From positions 64,854,001 to 64,918,000 of the forward strand of contig NC_086097.1 in NCBI RefSeq assembly GCF_963921235.1: DNA of 64,000 nt, read 5' to 3'. Under the pieces are notes generated by a model, which was not told the origin of the DNA, searched no databases, and saw only the letters and a program-made list of their open reading frames with translations. Positions 11,947-24,939 of the stretch are shown one piece after another; position 1 is the stretch's first letter; the number at the start of each line of letters is the position of its first letter. The DNA is from Mobula hypostoma (Eukaryota). The translations under genes and the position numbers were made by a program.

Positions 11947-13689
11947 ATGGGAGACTGGATCAGCTCATGATAAAATGGCGAAGCAGACTCGATGGGCCCA
12001 ATGGCCGACTTCTGCTCCTTTGTCTTATGGTCTTATGATCCTATAATACTTCAAGTGCAGTCTGACTAAGGCCTTTTAAAGCTACAGCATTATATCCATA
12101 ACAGAAAGATGATACGTCACAACTCATTTGACACTACCACCCAAGCCAGATTTCATTTGTATCATGTTAAGTATGAACTTAGTATCACAGTAATTTGAGT
12201 TTTCTCTTAAATTAGTTGCTTTTGTGGAATTTGATTACAATAATGTTTTGTTTATAATTGTAGATATACAGCTACAGATATGTTATTTTATAGTAGATCA
12301 CAGAACAGAAACAGGCCAAGTTGAGCATATTGATAAATTCAGCAAATTCCCTCTGCCTGCACATGAGCCATATCCATTCATTCTCTGCATATTCGTGTGT
12401 CTGTCTAAAAGCCTCTTGAATGCAACTACTGAAGTATTTGAACAATGAAGTAGTTTAGGCTAATTTTTGTGGCAGTGATTGATGTTAACCACACCAATAA
12501 AGGTGTGGTGATGGCTGTGTGGCGATAACTGTTCCTGAACCTTGTGATGTGCGACCTAAACCTTCTGTACCTCCTCCCCAATGGTAGTTGCAAGAATGGA
12601 GCATGTCCTGGGGAGGAAGGGGTCTTTAAAGATGGCAGCTGCTTTCTTGTGGCAGTGTTCTATGTAAATTTATGCAATACTGGCAAGGGACTGGGCTGTA
12701 ACACTACTTTCAGTAGCCTTTCTACGTTCTGCTTTCTGCCTTGAAGAAAATTTTCTATCTGTTAGTGACCCTTTAATTTTGTATGTCAATGTTACTAATC
12801 ACGCTATTCTATTGAACTTTATACAATACCTTCTGAAAATCCATATCAGTAACACTGCGTTCCTGTAAGCAATCTTCTCTAATACTCATTAATAAACTCA
12901 ATCATGTCAGTCAGACACGATTTGCCTTTAAAAGTCCATGCCAGTTCTCCTTAATCCATCTTTCCAAGTTCCTCCAAATGCCTATTAACGTTCAAAGCAA
13001 GTTTATTATTTAAGTATGTATATGTCACCATATACTGTACTTGAGAATACCTTGAAATTCAATTTCAAGGTACCATATGGTGACATATAGGTTTCCCTAA
13101 GGTATCAATATTGAACAGTTTCCAGTGATAAACTGACTGTCTAGCAATGTTCTTTCTAATTTGTAATGACCAGTTTTCTCAAAAATCTTGTGCTGTGCAG
13201 TTTTTTGCCCAGTGACAACAACATATGCGCACTGAATTTTATATATAGAAGTATTCATTATAGTAGCTAGCAAAACACTGTCGATAAGAACTTTGACCGC
13301 CTCCGGGTTTGATCATTTTCACTCTCGTTCATCTGCACGCTCATAAAGCATCATAGCAGGCCTATGGCAGTTAATGAAGGATTTTCTCCTCAGAGCTATT
13401 GAACAATATCCCTATGTGATTTGCTTACTAAATGATGCTTTTGAAAAGACGAGATTCCAAATATCACTCCACTTCTTCCCACTTGCAAATTCTCCAGCAA
13501 CTGTTGCATCGCGACAATACACGCCGATATCTCCAGTTTCTGTATTGTACATTGTATTGCATTGTAAACTCCATGTTATCAACACCATCTGTATATTAAA
13601 CTGGAAAAGAAAACATGATTCTGAAGATCATGAACACGCCAACAAGGTTTGTGCGTAGTTTAAAATCCTCTGTGTGCCAGTTGCAAAAG

Positions 13690-14100
13690 ATGTGTACACA
13701 TGCACACCTTTGTGGGAACATTGCTGGCTAGTGTTCAATTTGCTACTTTCCAATCCTCTGGAATGCTCCCTCTGGCTAGGAAATATCTGCACATTATGGA
13801 AAATACCTTTGCAAAATCCGTACCCACTTCCCTAAGCCACCTAGGATGCACTCCATCTGAAACTGGTGCCTTGTTTACTTTATACATAGACAGCCTTCCT
13901 TGTACCTCCATCATAATCTTCAAATATCAATATTACTTTTACTATTGCCCATTCTACTGTGATTTGGCAGCATTCTACACCCTAGTAAAGTCTGATACAA
14001 TCAGAATAGCACCTTTTAGCGTATGCAGGCATGGAGTAAAAGAGCACACAGAATTCAGCACTGTTTTGCCATGTTTTTTCACTGTGAAAAGCCATTTTTA
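13690..14100 (-). mobile_element. CR1 ORF2 fragment (decayed)
   Basis: NKAPVSDGVHPRWLREV..IPEDWKVAN. Confidence 0.7.
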
Positions 14101-15818
14101 ATTTCTGTTATCATCATCCAACCACCAGAGGGAGTTGATAATACAACTTCCTTATCTCCTAATCCAACAATATCTCTTCCTCCTTAATGTGGATGAAAAC
14201 ATACATAAATAAAATGCAAACAAAAATGTACCATGTAACAATAAAGCGGTAACTAATATTCCTATATTTATTTAATGGTCTCCTCGCTGGTTCTGATTCA
14301 CACAGTTTATACTGGAATGAGAGAAGTAGCTAGCAAAAGCATCTTGAGTTGTGCCCTGCACCTTATCAGTATGTCTTCTTCAACCCAAGACCATTTGATG
14401 ACTGTAACATACCATCTTTCATGCGGCATTGATGATGTTTCATCATGTGACTATCATCCAGGCAACTACAAGTGAAATCAGACTGCTGTAATCAACAAAG
14501 TGTCCTGATAACCAGATTCCTTGTGTAACATTTTGTATAAATACAGGAGCATCTACTTCAAAGTAGCTGTCACAAGCTCTGACCTCATGTTCCTCCTCAC
14601 GTTTCATTTGTTTAGAGCACACAGTATGGTTAAGCTCAGTGTTCGCCAAATCCATATGGATTCTGACACATCTGTTCATCGTTATCTCAGAATGTGTCTG
14701 CCCTATTGTTGTATGTGATGTATATCAGCAGTGGAATATGAATTGCGTGACTTTTGTCTCAACTTCACCTACTTTGATCGTTTTCAATCCATTGTTAACA
14801 GTCTGAATTACGCCTTCTGCCAAAATATTTGAGGAAGCATGGTATGGAGCTATGGTTCCATCTGACTCCAATCCTTCTGAGGAACATCAATGAAGTTACT
14901 TTTGCTGTCTGTCAGAAGTATTTTTTAAAGACCACTTATAGTTAAGAAGACTTTCAACCTTTTAATCGTTGATGGAGATTGGTGAGATTGGGAAGCCTCC
15001 ACTGGAACTCCTTTGATTCATTTTGAAGTGGCTCTGCCATGAAGACGATCTTTTTCCTTTTAATGGTTTGCCCAGAAGAACTACTGATGGATTCTTGCAA
15101 TACTCTCTTACATTGTGTACATTCTTAAACCGTGTCTTCAAAGTGCCTGTCCACTCTCAGCCAGCTGCATTTAGCATGATTCATCTAGGTACTGGTTAAA
15201 CATTCAAGTACTGTTAAATCAAAAGGAGGGATTCTACTTTCTCCATCCTTCAGCTAGGTAAGTGGCTGCAGTCTGGTACGTGGAATTTAATTCAGCTAAG
15301 TATGAGTTGCTGCATTTTGGAAAGTCACTTCAAGGTAGGAATTTCATAGTGAGTAGTAGCATGCCGGGGTGTGTTTTAGAACTGTGGGTCCTCGAAGTTC
15401 AGGTCATGGTCCTGTGAAAGTGGAGTCACTGTAGACAGGTTAGTGAAGAAGGCTTTTAGCATGCTGGCCTTCATCAGTCAATGTATTAACTATCAGTTGT
15501 GGTCATTTTGACTTGTACAATGTCATGATCAACAGTAATGCAGGCACAAAAAGTAGATCAGTAAAAGCTGTCTCAACAGACCATGTGGTTACACAGTGAG
15601 AACAAAAATCTCAAAGAAAGCAACACTTGTTCCTGTATCCATCCTAGTTAATCTTCTTTCATCCTCTGTAGTCAATTATGACACCACCTTTCAGTGGAAG
15701 TAAATATTTTATAAAGAACACTTGGTATAACAACGTCTTACCATTTGTGCAAATCTGTTTATATTTCTGTGTTATCATCCAACCACTAGAGGGAGATGAT
15801 AACAACATAGTTACAACA
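14101..15818 (-). mobile_element. Highly decayed Gypsy LTR retrotransposon remnant
   Basis: Repeated LTR-like segment at about 14101-14145 and 15763-15805; PPT-like aaggaggaagaga on minus (14174-14186); integrase remnant APYHASSNILAE near 14815-14855 and Gypsy C-terminal-like peptide 14443-14679; CR1 piece at about 15160-15515 inside. Confidence 0.6.
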
Positions 15819-16739
15819 AATCCAGAAGTAATTTGTCTCAAATTAAATTATTAGAGAAACAAATTGTATATTTAATGTTCACAGTTCATCGCAACTTGGA
15901 AGGAGGCTATTCAGATCAATATTCAAGTTTATTTATCATGCGTGTATATTGAAAATACAGCACTTGTGTTAACAACCAACACGCCTGAGGGTGTGCTGGG
16001 GGCGGCTCGCAAGTGTCACCACACATTCCAGCACTAATGTAACATACCCACAATGCTCGACAGAACAACACAGAACTCAACAATCAACTACAACAAGCAA
16101 GCCCCATTCCTTTCTCCCATCCACACACATACACAGTCCCTTTAACTCCAGGACAGGTCATCTTTTTTTGTCTCCCGCCTGCAGCAGATTCAGACTTGGA
16201 CTTCAACTTTCCCAGTTGTCTTATAGAGATTCTCAGACATGGCTCTGGCCAACAGGCCTCAACTTCTGGACTTCCAATTTGATCCTTGGGCTTCGATCCT
16301 CAGCATCAATCCCAAACACGGCATTTAGCTCATACGAGGCCTTGAACTCTGGACTTGCCATTGAAGGGATCCCAAACACTAGGCTCAAACTTCAGACTCA
16401 CCAATTCGCAAACTCAATGAGTCATCAGAACTTGTTCCTCCAGTCCACATGGAACTCCAACTCCGGAACCTCCCTGATCTGGGGAAGCCCTCATCCACTC
16501 TCTGCTGGTCTGATATCCAGCCTCAGACGTTGGACCAGCAGATGTCCCATGTCGACATGGATGGTCATCATTTGCAGAGTGGAGACTTCGAACTCTGACC
16601 TGACCTCTAGTTCCCTCATATCCATGACCCTAAACCCTAACCAGACCCCTAATTCCCCAGTCAGTCCACAAAACCGTCCTTACAAATCTAAAAAATCACC
16701 TAAATCAGAGCTGTGATTCAATGTCTGGTTAGTCTTTTC

Positions 16740-17620
16740 TGGCTCTTTGTAAGAACAACGCAGCTCTCCCCATAGTCCTGTAAATAAGTTCATTTCAGAT
16801 TTTTATCCTGTGTCCTTTTGAATATCATAATTGTATCTGCTTTCAATAATACTCTTAGCATTGCATTCTAGATCCTAACCACTTGCTGAATAAAATCTTT
16901 TTCTCTTCATTTCAGTTTTTGCTCTTTAGTAAATCATCTTCATTCTAGTTCCTTAGTTATGGATCCTCCTGCCAACAGGACCAGTCCCTACACTGTCTAA
17001 ACCTTACATGATTTTAAATACATCTACCACATCTCCTTGCAATGTCTCTGTTCCAAGAAGAACCCCAGCTTCTGTAGTCTATTCACATAACTGAAGTTGT
17101 CCATTCCTACAATTATTTTGATACGTACATTCTGCATCCTCTCCACATCTTTCCTAAAGTTGAATCTAAAACTGGATATAATACTCTAAATTGTGGCTGA
17201 ACCTAGTTTTTGTGTTCTTCTTGGCAGCCTTGCTCTAGTACTCTATCCCTCTCTTCATAGAGAATCATACATAATTTTAACCACTTTCAAAGAAAAATGC
17301 ATATAAACCCTGAGATGGTTCTTTTTATACTCCTTTTTGACGTGCTCAATAGTTTTTATTGCCTCTTATCATTCTTCCAACTAAAATATAATGGTCACAT
17401 CTCTCAGCATTAAATTTCATCTGCCACCCCTCTGCCCACAAACCAGCTTATAAACATTCTGTCTGTCCTTCCTTCATATCTACTACTATTTTCTTTACAC
17501 CTCATTCTGCTTCAGATTTTGTATCATCTGCAAAACTGGAAATTTTTACCCAAGTTCAAATCATTTATATTAAGAGAAGCGGTAGTCCTCGTACTGACCC
17601 TTATCCATACTTCTACAACC
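16740..17620 (-). mobile_element. Old CR1 3' fragment
   Basis: Patchy similarity to CR1 RT C-terminus and 3' region (gtatcatctgcaaa, aaatttcatctgccac). Confidence 0.6.
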
Positions 17621-17678
17621 ATGGTGACAAGCCTAATATGTAGCTGCTGAAAAACAATGCCTTTTGGAAGTCCTTATG

Positions 17679-18220
17679 CAGTGGATGGGACACACTGGAC
17701 CAATACATTTTGGCCCAATTAAGTGGCTGGCCCAATTAGCCAAAGTTTCATGGAAATAGTTAAAAGATATAATAAAGACAAACTACCATTTAACTGAGTA
17801 ACAAATAATGTATTAAAATGAAATACAGAAGAAATTAGAACACTACTAATATTTCTACAGCACTATAAAACTGTATATTAGTTCCTAATAGTTATCGACT
17901 GAGAAATTCACTCAGTGTTTGTTGCCATGTTCTTTTGATTGACTAGTGCAGGTAGTGAACTGACATTATGCAACACTTTCAATGATTGCATCCTTTAAAC
18001 CTTCATGTTAATTGTAATGTTCAACATGTTTGCTGATACCTTCTAATTTTTTGTAGTTCCTAACTTGTCGAAGAACTGAAATCATTTCATTTTCACTCCC
18101 AGCCGGTTTCTGGCATCTCCAAGCACAAATGCTGGAGACCATGGTGGGCAAGATAGTTCAGATTTGTCTTACTGTTTATTACTCGCTAACTATCACTGAC
18201 AAAAAAAATCACTGCTTTGT
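17679..18220. mobile_element. Probable Tigger/pogo-like DNA transposon fragment
   Basis: CAGTGGAT..ggcccaattaagtggctggcccaatta end with internal repeats; family call from pattern recognition only. Confidence 0.3.
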
Positions 18221-21200
18221 AATCTATGGACTCACTTCCAAGGACTTTACAACGCTTGTTCCAAATATGAATTATTACATATTTATCTACTATTATTTTA
18301 TTTTTACATAAAAAATTACACAATTTGTATTTTGCACATTGGTTGTTTGTCTATCTTTTGTGCAGTTTATCATTGATTCTATTGTGTTTCATTGTATTTA
18401 CTGTGAATGCCCACAACTAAATGAATCTCAGGGTAGTATGTGGTGAAATACATGTACTTTGATAATAAGTTTACTTTGAACTTTAACCTATTTTTATGGT
18501 AGGCAACTTGCAGTCATCAAGGTGGTTGCTCAGGTTTGAGTTAATTCTAGCCATGATCAACCTCTCAAAGCAATTTATCACAGTAGATGTGAGTGTTACC
18601 GAGCAATAGTCGTTGAGGCAGTTTACCCTGTTTTTCTTAGGCACAGTAAGAATCACAAATGCTTTTTTACTTATTTGTAAGTAATTTGTAATACTTACAA
18701 TTTCTCTTCAAATAGTGCTGAAGAGTAAAATTCTGCTGTTTTATTCTTTTCTTCCTTGGTCATTCATCTAGGAAGGTCTAGCTTTAATTTCCCTTTCCTC
18801 CTTATCTTGGGAATATATTTAGAATATAGCTGAAACATCTCCATGTTAGAGCCCTCTGATGTTCATTATAATTTTTGCCTGCTGAGCTTTGATTACATCT
18901 TATTCATGCCAAATCTGTTTTCATCCGATTGAAATTGGCCCTTCTCCAGATGACTGTAATCCTTTTCCATGGCTATTCTAAATCTTACAATATTATGATT
19001 GCTATTTCCTAGATGTTTCTCCACCAATACATGCTCCACTGGCATGGCTCATTTCACAGAACCAAACTGAGCAATGCAACTTTTTGACAAGCCAATAGCA
19101 CCAATCACTTTTCCTTACCACACTTCAGAAACTCTACCCCGACTCTGTCCCTTACTTTAATTTTAATTGCTGTCCCAATTTAAGTTCGGCTATTTGAAGT
19201 CTTCCATTTCTCCATTCCAAGATGTGTGCATATCTCTGCAACTTCCCTGCAATTTCCCTCCAGGTTTGACCTTCAGTACTCTTCTCATTAGCTGCTGGTC
19301 TGGAAGGCAGTTCTAGTTTTGCATCATATGGTTCTTAATTCTACAGATGGATTTTGTCCTAAATCATAAGATCATTGCCAGATATCCTGTCTTTCCTGGC
19401 ATTGTAATATCACTTTAATCAATACTGCCACTCCCCTTCCTTCCTTCCTTTCCCTCTTTTTTTCAATCCAAGAATACTTAGAATCTGCTTCTGTCCTTTT
19501 TTATCCATATTCCTATTATTGTCAATGATGCCATAGTTCCATGTGATTAACTGCACCTGTTAATCACAAACCACATTTACATGCATAAGATAAATATTTT
19601 GTAAATCTTCTTATGCTCTCTACTATTTCTACCTTGTCTAAATTTTTTGTTTGCGTTCCAGTGTTATTTGTATTTTCAATGTTTTCTGTACTTTTTTTTC
19701 TCAATTGCCTTCCGGACTTGCTAATATCTGCTTGCAGGGCCTCAGTAATTTTTGACCTATGTCATCGGCATTAATATGCTCCACTGCCTCTTACTATTTA
19801 CAAGCAATGTAGAAGATTTCTCATTCCTTTTTTATACAAAGTTCCATTGACACTTCATATTCTGTCCTTACTCTTGTATTTTCCCTTCTTATTCTCCTGA
19901 AAAGAATCACTCAAGTTCTTTTTCTCATTCACCATTTCTGTTTTCATCAAAGGAGCTCTGGGTGTCATTCCCTTCTTTCTCCTATTTATGAGAATATACT
20001 CAGCCTGTATCTGACACATCTTTTCTTTACAACCTACACATCATTCATTTATAATTCTTGTTCCCAATATTTGGTTCCACTTTATGCTATCACGTCCTTT
20101 TATCATCCCATCAAAGTCAAAAAAATAGCTTTTTTTCATATACATAAGTGACAACTCAAGATTGCAATAGCTATACTGCACAGTCATTTTGTTTAATCAA
20201 ATGAAGTTGAGTTTTGAAGGAAAGCATGAATGAACTCTGTTGTAAATCATATTTAGGGGAACAGCAGAGGTTATGTTCCAGATAACCAAACTCGTGTTGA
20301 TATGGGGGGAAGAAAAATAAAATACATATACATCAGAATGTGTAGTCAGCAGTGAGCTCTGTGTACTTCTTTCTGGCAATGGCAACAAAAAATATGAAAT
20401 TAGTTCCAGAAATCTTTGTAGCAGAGATTTCCAGAATCTATTGGGAATATTCCTCAGAGATGAAGCCTAGTGGGACAAAAAGCTCTTCCATGTAGGTACT
20501 TCAACCGAGGCAGCCAAAATAAGCTTGTCAACAAAAAGGAGAAACTAATTTCACAGCCCTGTTAACTCAGCTGGAAAGTCAAAGACTTTCAAAGGATAGC
20601 ACTCTGAATATTTGGGATGTTTCTGAGACATTCAGAAAAAGGCAAATATTTTAAATGTGAAAAACTAAAAATAAGATCTAAAACTGAAATAAAATAAATT
20701 ATATGATGAAATATATTTACACACTTGAATACCTCTATCAGCTAAAAATCTAAATTAACAATCCATAAATAACATTCAAAAATCATGGAAAATTTAAGAC
20801 TGCTTCTAATTAAAAACTTAGCTGAATACCTTTTTATGTGATGAACACTTATCTGAAGCTTTCTCAGCTATTCAAACAGATAATTGAAAACATAAATTAT
20901 TTCTCTTCAGACCTGTGGCAAGATACATCACCAAGTCTGCAATATTTGTGCAGGGCATTTTGCAGGGTAATATTGCTGTATGCCAACAGATTCACCAAAG
21001 TTTTCCTGCAAAGTCTGGTCCATTATTCTTGAGAGGATAAGGAGAACAATTAAGGTGTCAGATATTTTCCACCTCAAGAATAATAAATAAATACAAATTC
21101 TATGGTGAAAAATATAGATGTACTTTATATAATAACATCCACAGTCAAACCTATCTTCACAGAAGTAATAACAATTTCCTCCATTTCCAGATTTACACAG

Positions 21201-21329
21201 AAGCTGAAGTTTGCAAATAATAAATACATATACTGCATGCTCTTTTCAATGGGGAATCATTGTGTTGATCATAACAAAAGTCCCATCTTTATACCTCATT
21301 TCTAAAATTAATTGTATTTAAGATAGCCA

Positions 21330-22210
21330 AAAATGATGGAATGTGTATAAAAAGGCCAAGATATTTTGAGTAACGGTAGAATGGGGAATGAGATGCTGAG
21401 GAGTGCTGATGGCAGATGCCTGACTGCAGCTCTTTGAAGACATTGAGGCATTAACATCACAGGTAGAGAAGTTATTGGAAAAATACTGAACAGGATTAAT
21501 ATGTAATTGAATGAGTATAGTCAAGGCTTTGATAAGGGGAGATCTTGTCTAACTTTGGTTGAATCTGCGATGGAGGTGATTAAGAGTGTTGCCTAGAGTG
21601 CAATTGATACAGTGTATATGGACTTCAATAAGGCTATTGACAAGGTCCCATGGTTAGGTCACAGCTAGAGTACTTTGTACAGTGCTGGCCACTATGTATG
21701 CACTGGAGAGAGTACAAAGAAGATTCATCAGAAGGGCGCCAGAGAGGGAGCAATTCTGTTATAAGGAAAGAATGGACAGGATAGATTTGTTGTCCATGAA
21801 GCAGAGGAAGCTGAGAGGAAACCTAACTGATAATACAAAATCATGGGAAGTATGGTAGGGCCGCTACTGGGATACTTTTTCCCTAAGTCTCTATAACGCA
21901 GAGGGCATAGTTTAAGATAAGGGGTAGGAGATTTAATGGGGATTTGGGGAAGATTTTTTTCATCCAGAGATGCACTTCCTGAGGGGTTAGTGGAGGCAGG
22001 TATTCTCACAGACTTAAGAAATGATTACATGAGCACTTGAAATACCATTGTATAGGAAGCTGTGTACCAAGATGAAAGGTGCTAATGAAGAGTCTCAGCC
22101 TGAAACATTGACTGTTTATTCCTCTCCACAGATGCTGCCTAACTTGCATTTTATGTGTGTTGTGTACCAAGGGCTGGAAAATGGGTTGGCATAAATAGGT
22201 ATTGATCAGC
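21330..22210 (+). mobile_element. Old CR1 RT/3' fragment
   Basis: Remnant VYMDFNKAIDKVP (about 21612-21650) and CR1 3' region. Confidence 0.65.
22072..22160 (+). mobile_element. 89-bp Penelope-terminus (degenerate hammerhead) insertion
   Basis: Perfect 11-bp TSD TGTGTACCAAG at 22061-22071 and 22161-22171; ctaatgaagagtctcagcctGAAACattgact. Confidence 0.75.
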
Positions 22211-22983
22211 AGTATCAACACTCTCAATATCAATAAGAAAATACTCAAAATTAATATTGCTTTATTTGGGTTTGTCATTCCATAAATAAAATAAGCAATA
22301 CAAAATCAAAGGCTGGAAACAAAATAAAAATAGACAGCGCTGGAAAATTCAGCAAGTTAATCAGCACCTGAAGAAAGAGAAACAGGGTTAACATTTCAGG
22401 TTGAAAACCATTTTGAAGATCTGTTCTGATGAAACATTAAATCATTTTCTGTGACAGATGCTGCCTGACCTCTTGCTGAGCATTTTCATCATTTGTCTAT
22501 ATTTGGAAAAGCAAGAAACAGCTCTAAGATCATAAAGTTGTTCAAGCAGATGATTAATCATGTTGTGCCTCTCTCATCGTTTGCAAAAAATGTGAAAATT
22601 ATTTTTTCATTTTTGTTGCCTGCTAATTGTTGTTTGCATTAATGAAATCTGCTTTCATTTCAATTCTATTTTGTTAATTGGATTTGTAAGGTAGTTTAAT
22701 AGAATAACTTCATCCTTATTTCAAGCTATGTTTGAGAGATCAGACCTGCTTTTCTTTTGAACTATCACCAGTTTTGGAATGGATGTTTTGGGTTCGTACA
22801 AAATGAATGACCAGGGATAGGGGTATGGGAGGTGCAGATGAGTCATCAGTAGCTCAATGTCTTTTATACGACTTGTTCCTGAGAAATTAGTTTTAATCTG
22901 CATACTTAAACCTTTGCAGTCTTTCCAAAGAGTTATCTCATAAAGTTCCAGGAGTTGTGTAGTAACAGTGATATATGTTTAAG

Positions 22984-23117
22984 TTATGATAAAGGGCTTG
23001 GCCCAAAACATCGACTGTTTATTCCTCTCCATAGATGCTGCCTTATTTGTTGAGTTCCTGCAGCATTTTGTGTGTGTTACTCTGGGTTTCCAGCATCTGC
23101 AGAGTCACCTGTGTTTA
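22984..23117 (+). mobile_element. Short Penelope-terminus repeat with degenerate hammerhead
   Basis: atgataaagggcttggcccaaaacatcgactg followed by the shared gatgctgcc..ttccagcatctgcaga tail. Confidence 0.7.
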
Positions 23118-23451
23118 CTTCTAAGTCAGGTTGGTAAGTTACTTTGAAGAAAACTTACAGATGATCTTATTCTTCATCATTTTAGGCAAAAAAAATAGAA
23201 ATTGGAATTTGACAATGAAAAACCTTTGTCAAATTTCTGCAGGGTATCTATGGGAAGAGTGCTCCAGTTATGGAGAGAATAAATGATAAGGCTATTAGAG
23301 CCACATCCAATTATTAAATTCTATGGATAAAAACTGAATGATGGAAGAACACAGCATCTGTAGAGGCAAAATGTATAAGTTAACATTTCCAGTTGAGAGT
23401 CTGCATTGGAATGAGAAAATACAGGAAAGATTGTTATACTGTGGCACTATG

Positions 23452-23685
23452 TAGATAGATAGATAGATATACTTTATTGATCCCGAGGGAAATTGGGTTT
23501 TGTTACAGCCGCACCAACCAAGAATAGAGCATAAATATAGCAATACAAAAACCACAATCAATCAAACAACGAAATGCAAACTATGCCAGATGGAAAAAAG
23601 TCCAGGACCAGTCTATTGGCTCAGTGTGTCTGACCCTCCACGGGAGGAGATGCAAGTTCGATGGCCACAGGCAGGAACGACCTCC
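23452..23685 (-). mobile_element. Rex1/Babar 3' end
   Basis: (AGAT)n tail + actttattgatcccgagggaaatt; similar to 4140-4340. Confidence 0.75.
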
Positions 23686-24822
23686 CGACCTCCCGGGGTG
23701 GGATAGCATTAGTAAATGATAGGAGTCAGACGGGGAGCGAACGATGGGCAGGTGGAACCAGACCAGATGGAAGTGGAGAATGCAAGAACTAGACAAAGGG
23801 AGAAGAAAACTAGGTGATCAGGTGAATATGTGGGGAAGGAGAGCACTGGAGGTATGAGTTGCATGAAACTGGAAAATTCATTATTCTCTAATTATTCTCT
23901 CATCCTCTCTCTCTCTCTTGTTTAGTATTGAAAATATTGATGTGGTGAGTCTAGTTAAATTGATGGTAATCACTGGGACGTTGGTAGTGTTGGACTGGAC
24001 AGTCATAATACACCTGATTGTTGGGAGATGGTCAGAACTCTTATTAGAATTAGTCACTTCTGATCTTATGATAGAGGGAAGGTAAAGATGAAGTGACTGA
24101 AGTCTCATCTGATTCTCATTGATTTCAATATTACAGTATAAAAGATATTATGATTAAATAAATATCATATATTAATTTTTACAAATTACAACTGAGGTAA
24201 TAATGTAGATGTACTACAAGCTGGGATGCTTAAGGTGGCTTATTTATAATGGTCTACTCTGTTAGAATCATCTTTTTCCCAGTAATTTGTATCAATATTT
24301 GATACAAATTATTTATTTAATGTTGCTACCACTTGGCCATCTAATATTGTCCTATGTCTAAATACTGTCTTATGTTTCTTGTGGCTGTAATAATGCTTAA
24401 TATTTCCTTTTATAACTGATGTCCTTTTTAATGTTCGCTTTTGAATTTTCAGATCTCCTTAGTGCTTCCTATACATTTCATTTTTCACCTCCATCACCTA
24501 TATTCATTATCATTGTCTTTCCTTTGAACTATCATTTGCCCCCTTTTAGGTTTCCATTTAACACATGCTGCTCTATCTATTCCTATGACTTTCATGTGTG
24601 TTTTAAAGAAGACTTCATTTTTAATACTGGACTTCTTGAGTATTTTGTAAACTTTGGTAACATTTAATATTATGAAAAAGCAGATAATCTTGTCCCTTTA
24701 TTCTTCATATTAAAGTCAGCCACTCAGAAGCAGATACAATCTTTTTCATTGGATAGAATAAGCGGTAGATATTCATGACACAATCCTCTAATTTTACTGA
24801 AGTAAAGATCCCAAACCATTTG

Positions 24823-24939
24823 TCGGCCCGAAACATCGACTGTACCTCTTCCTAGAGATGCTGCCTGGCCTGCTGCGTTCACCAGCAACTTGGATGTGTG
24901 TTGCTTGAATTTCCAGCTTCTGCAGAATTCCTCGTGTTT
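24823..24939 (+). mobile_element. Penelope terminal fragment (3' half of hammerhead + tail)
   Basis: Near-identical to the reverse complement of 46499-46612. Confidence 0.8.

Larger units (their letters stand above)
6508..12039 (+). mobile_element. Full-length CR1 LINE (5'UTR, ORF1, ORF2, tail) interrupted by a Penelope element
   Basis: 8-bp TSD CCTATAAT at 6500-6507 and 12040-12047; ORF1 and ORF2 motifs; (tcttatgg)n tail. Confidence 0.92.

Noticed and set aside
20895..21050. Possible host exon after ttctcttcag
   Set aside because: Splice-like signals exist but no frame on either strand gives a recognisable protein, and no partner exons were found
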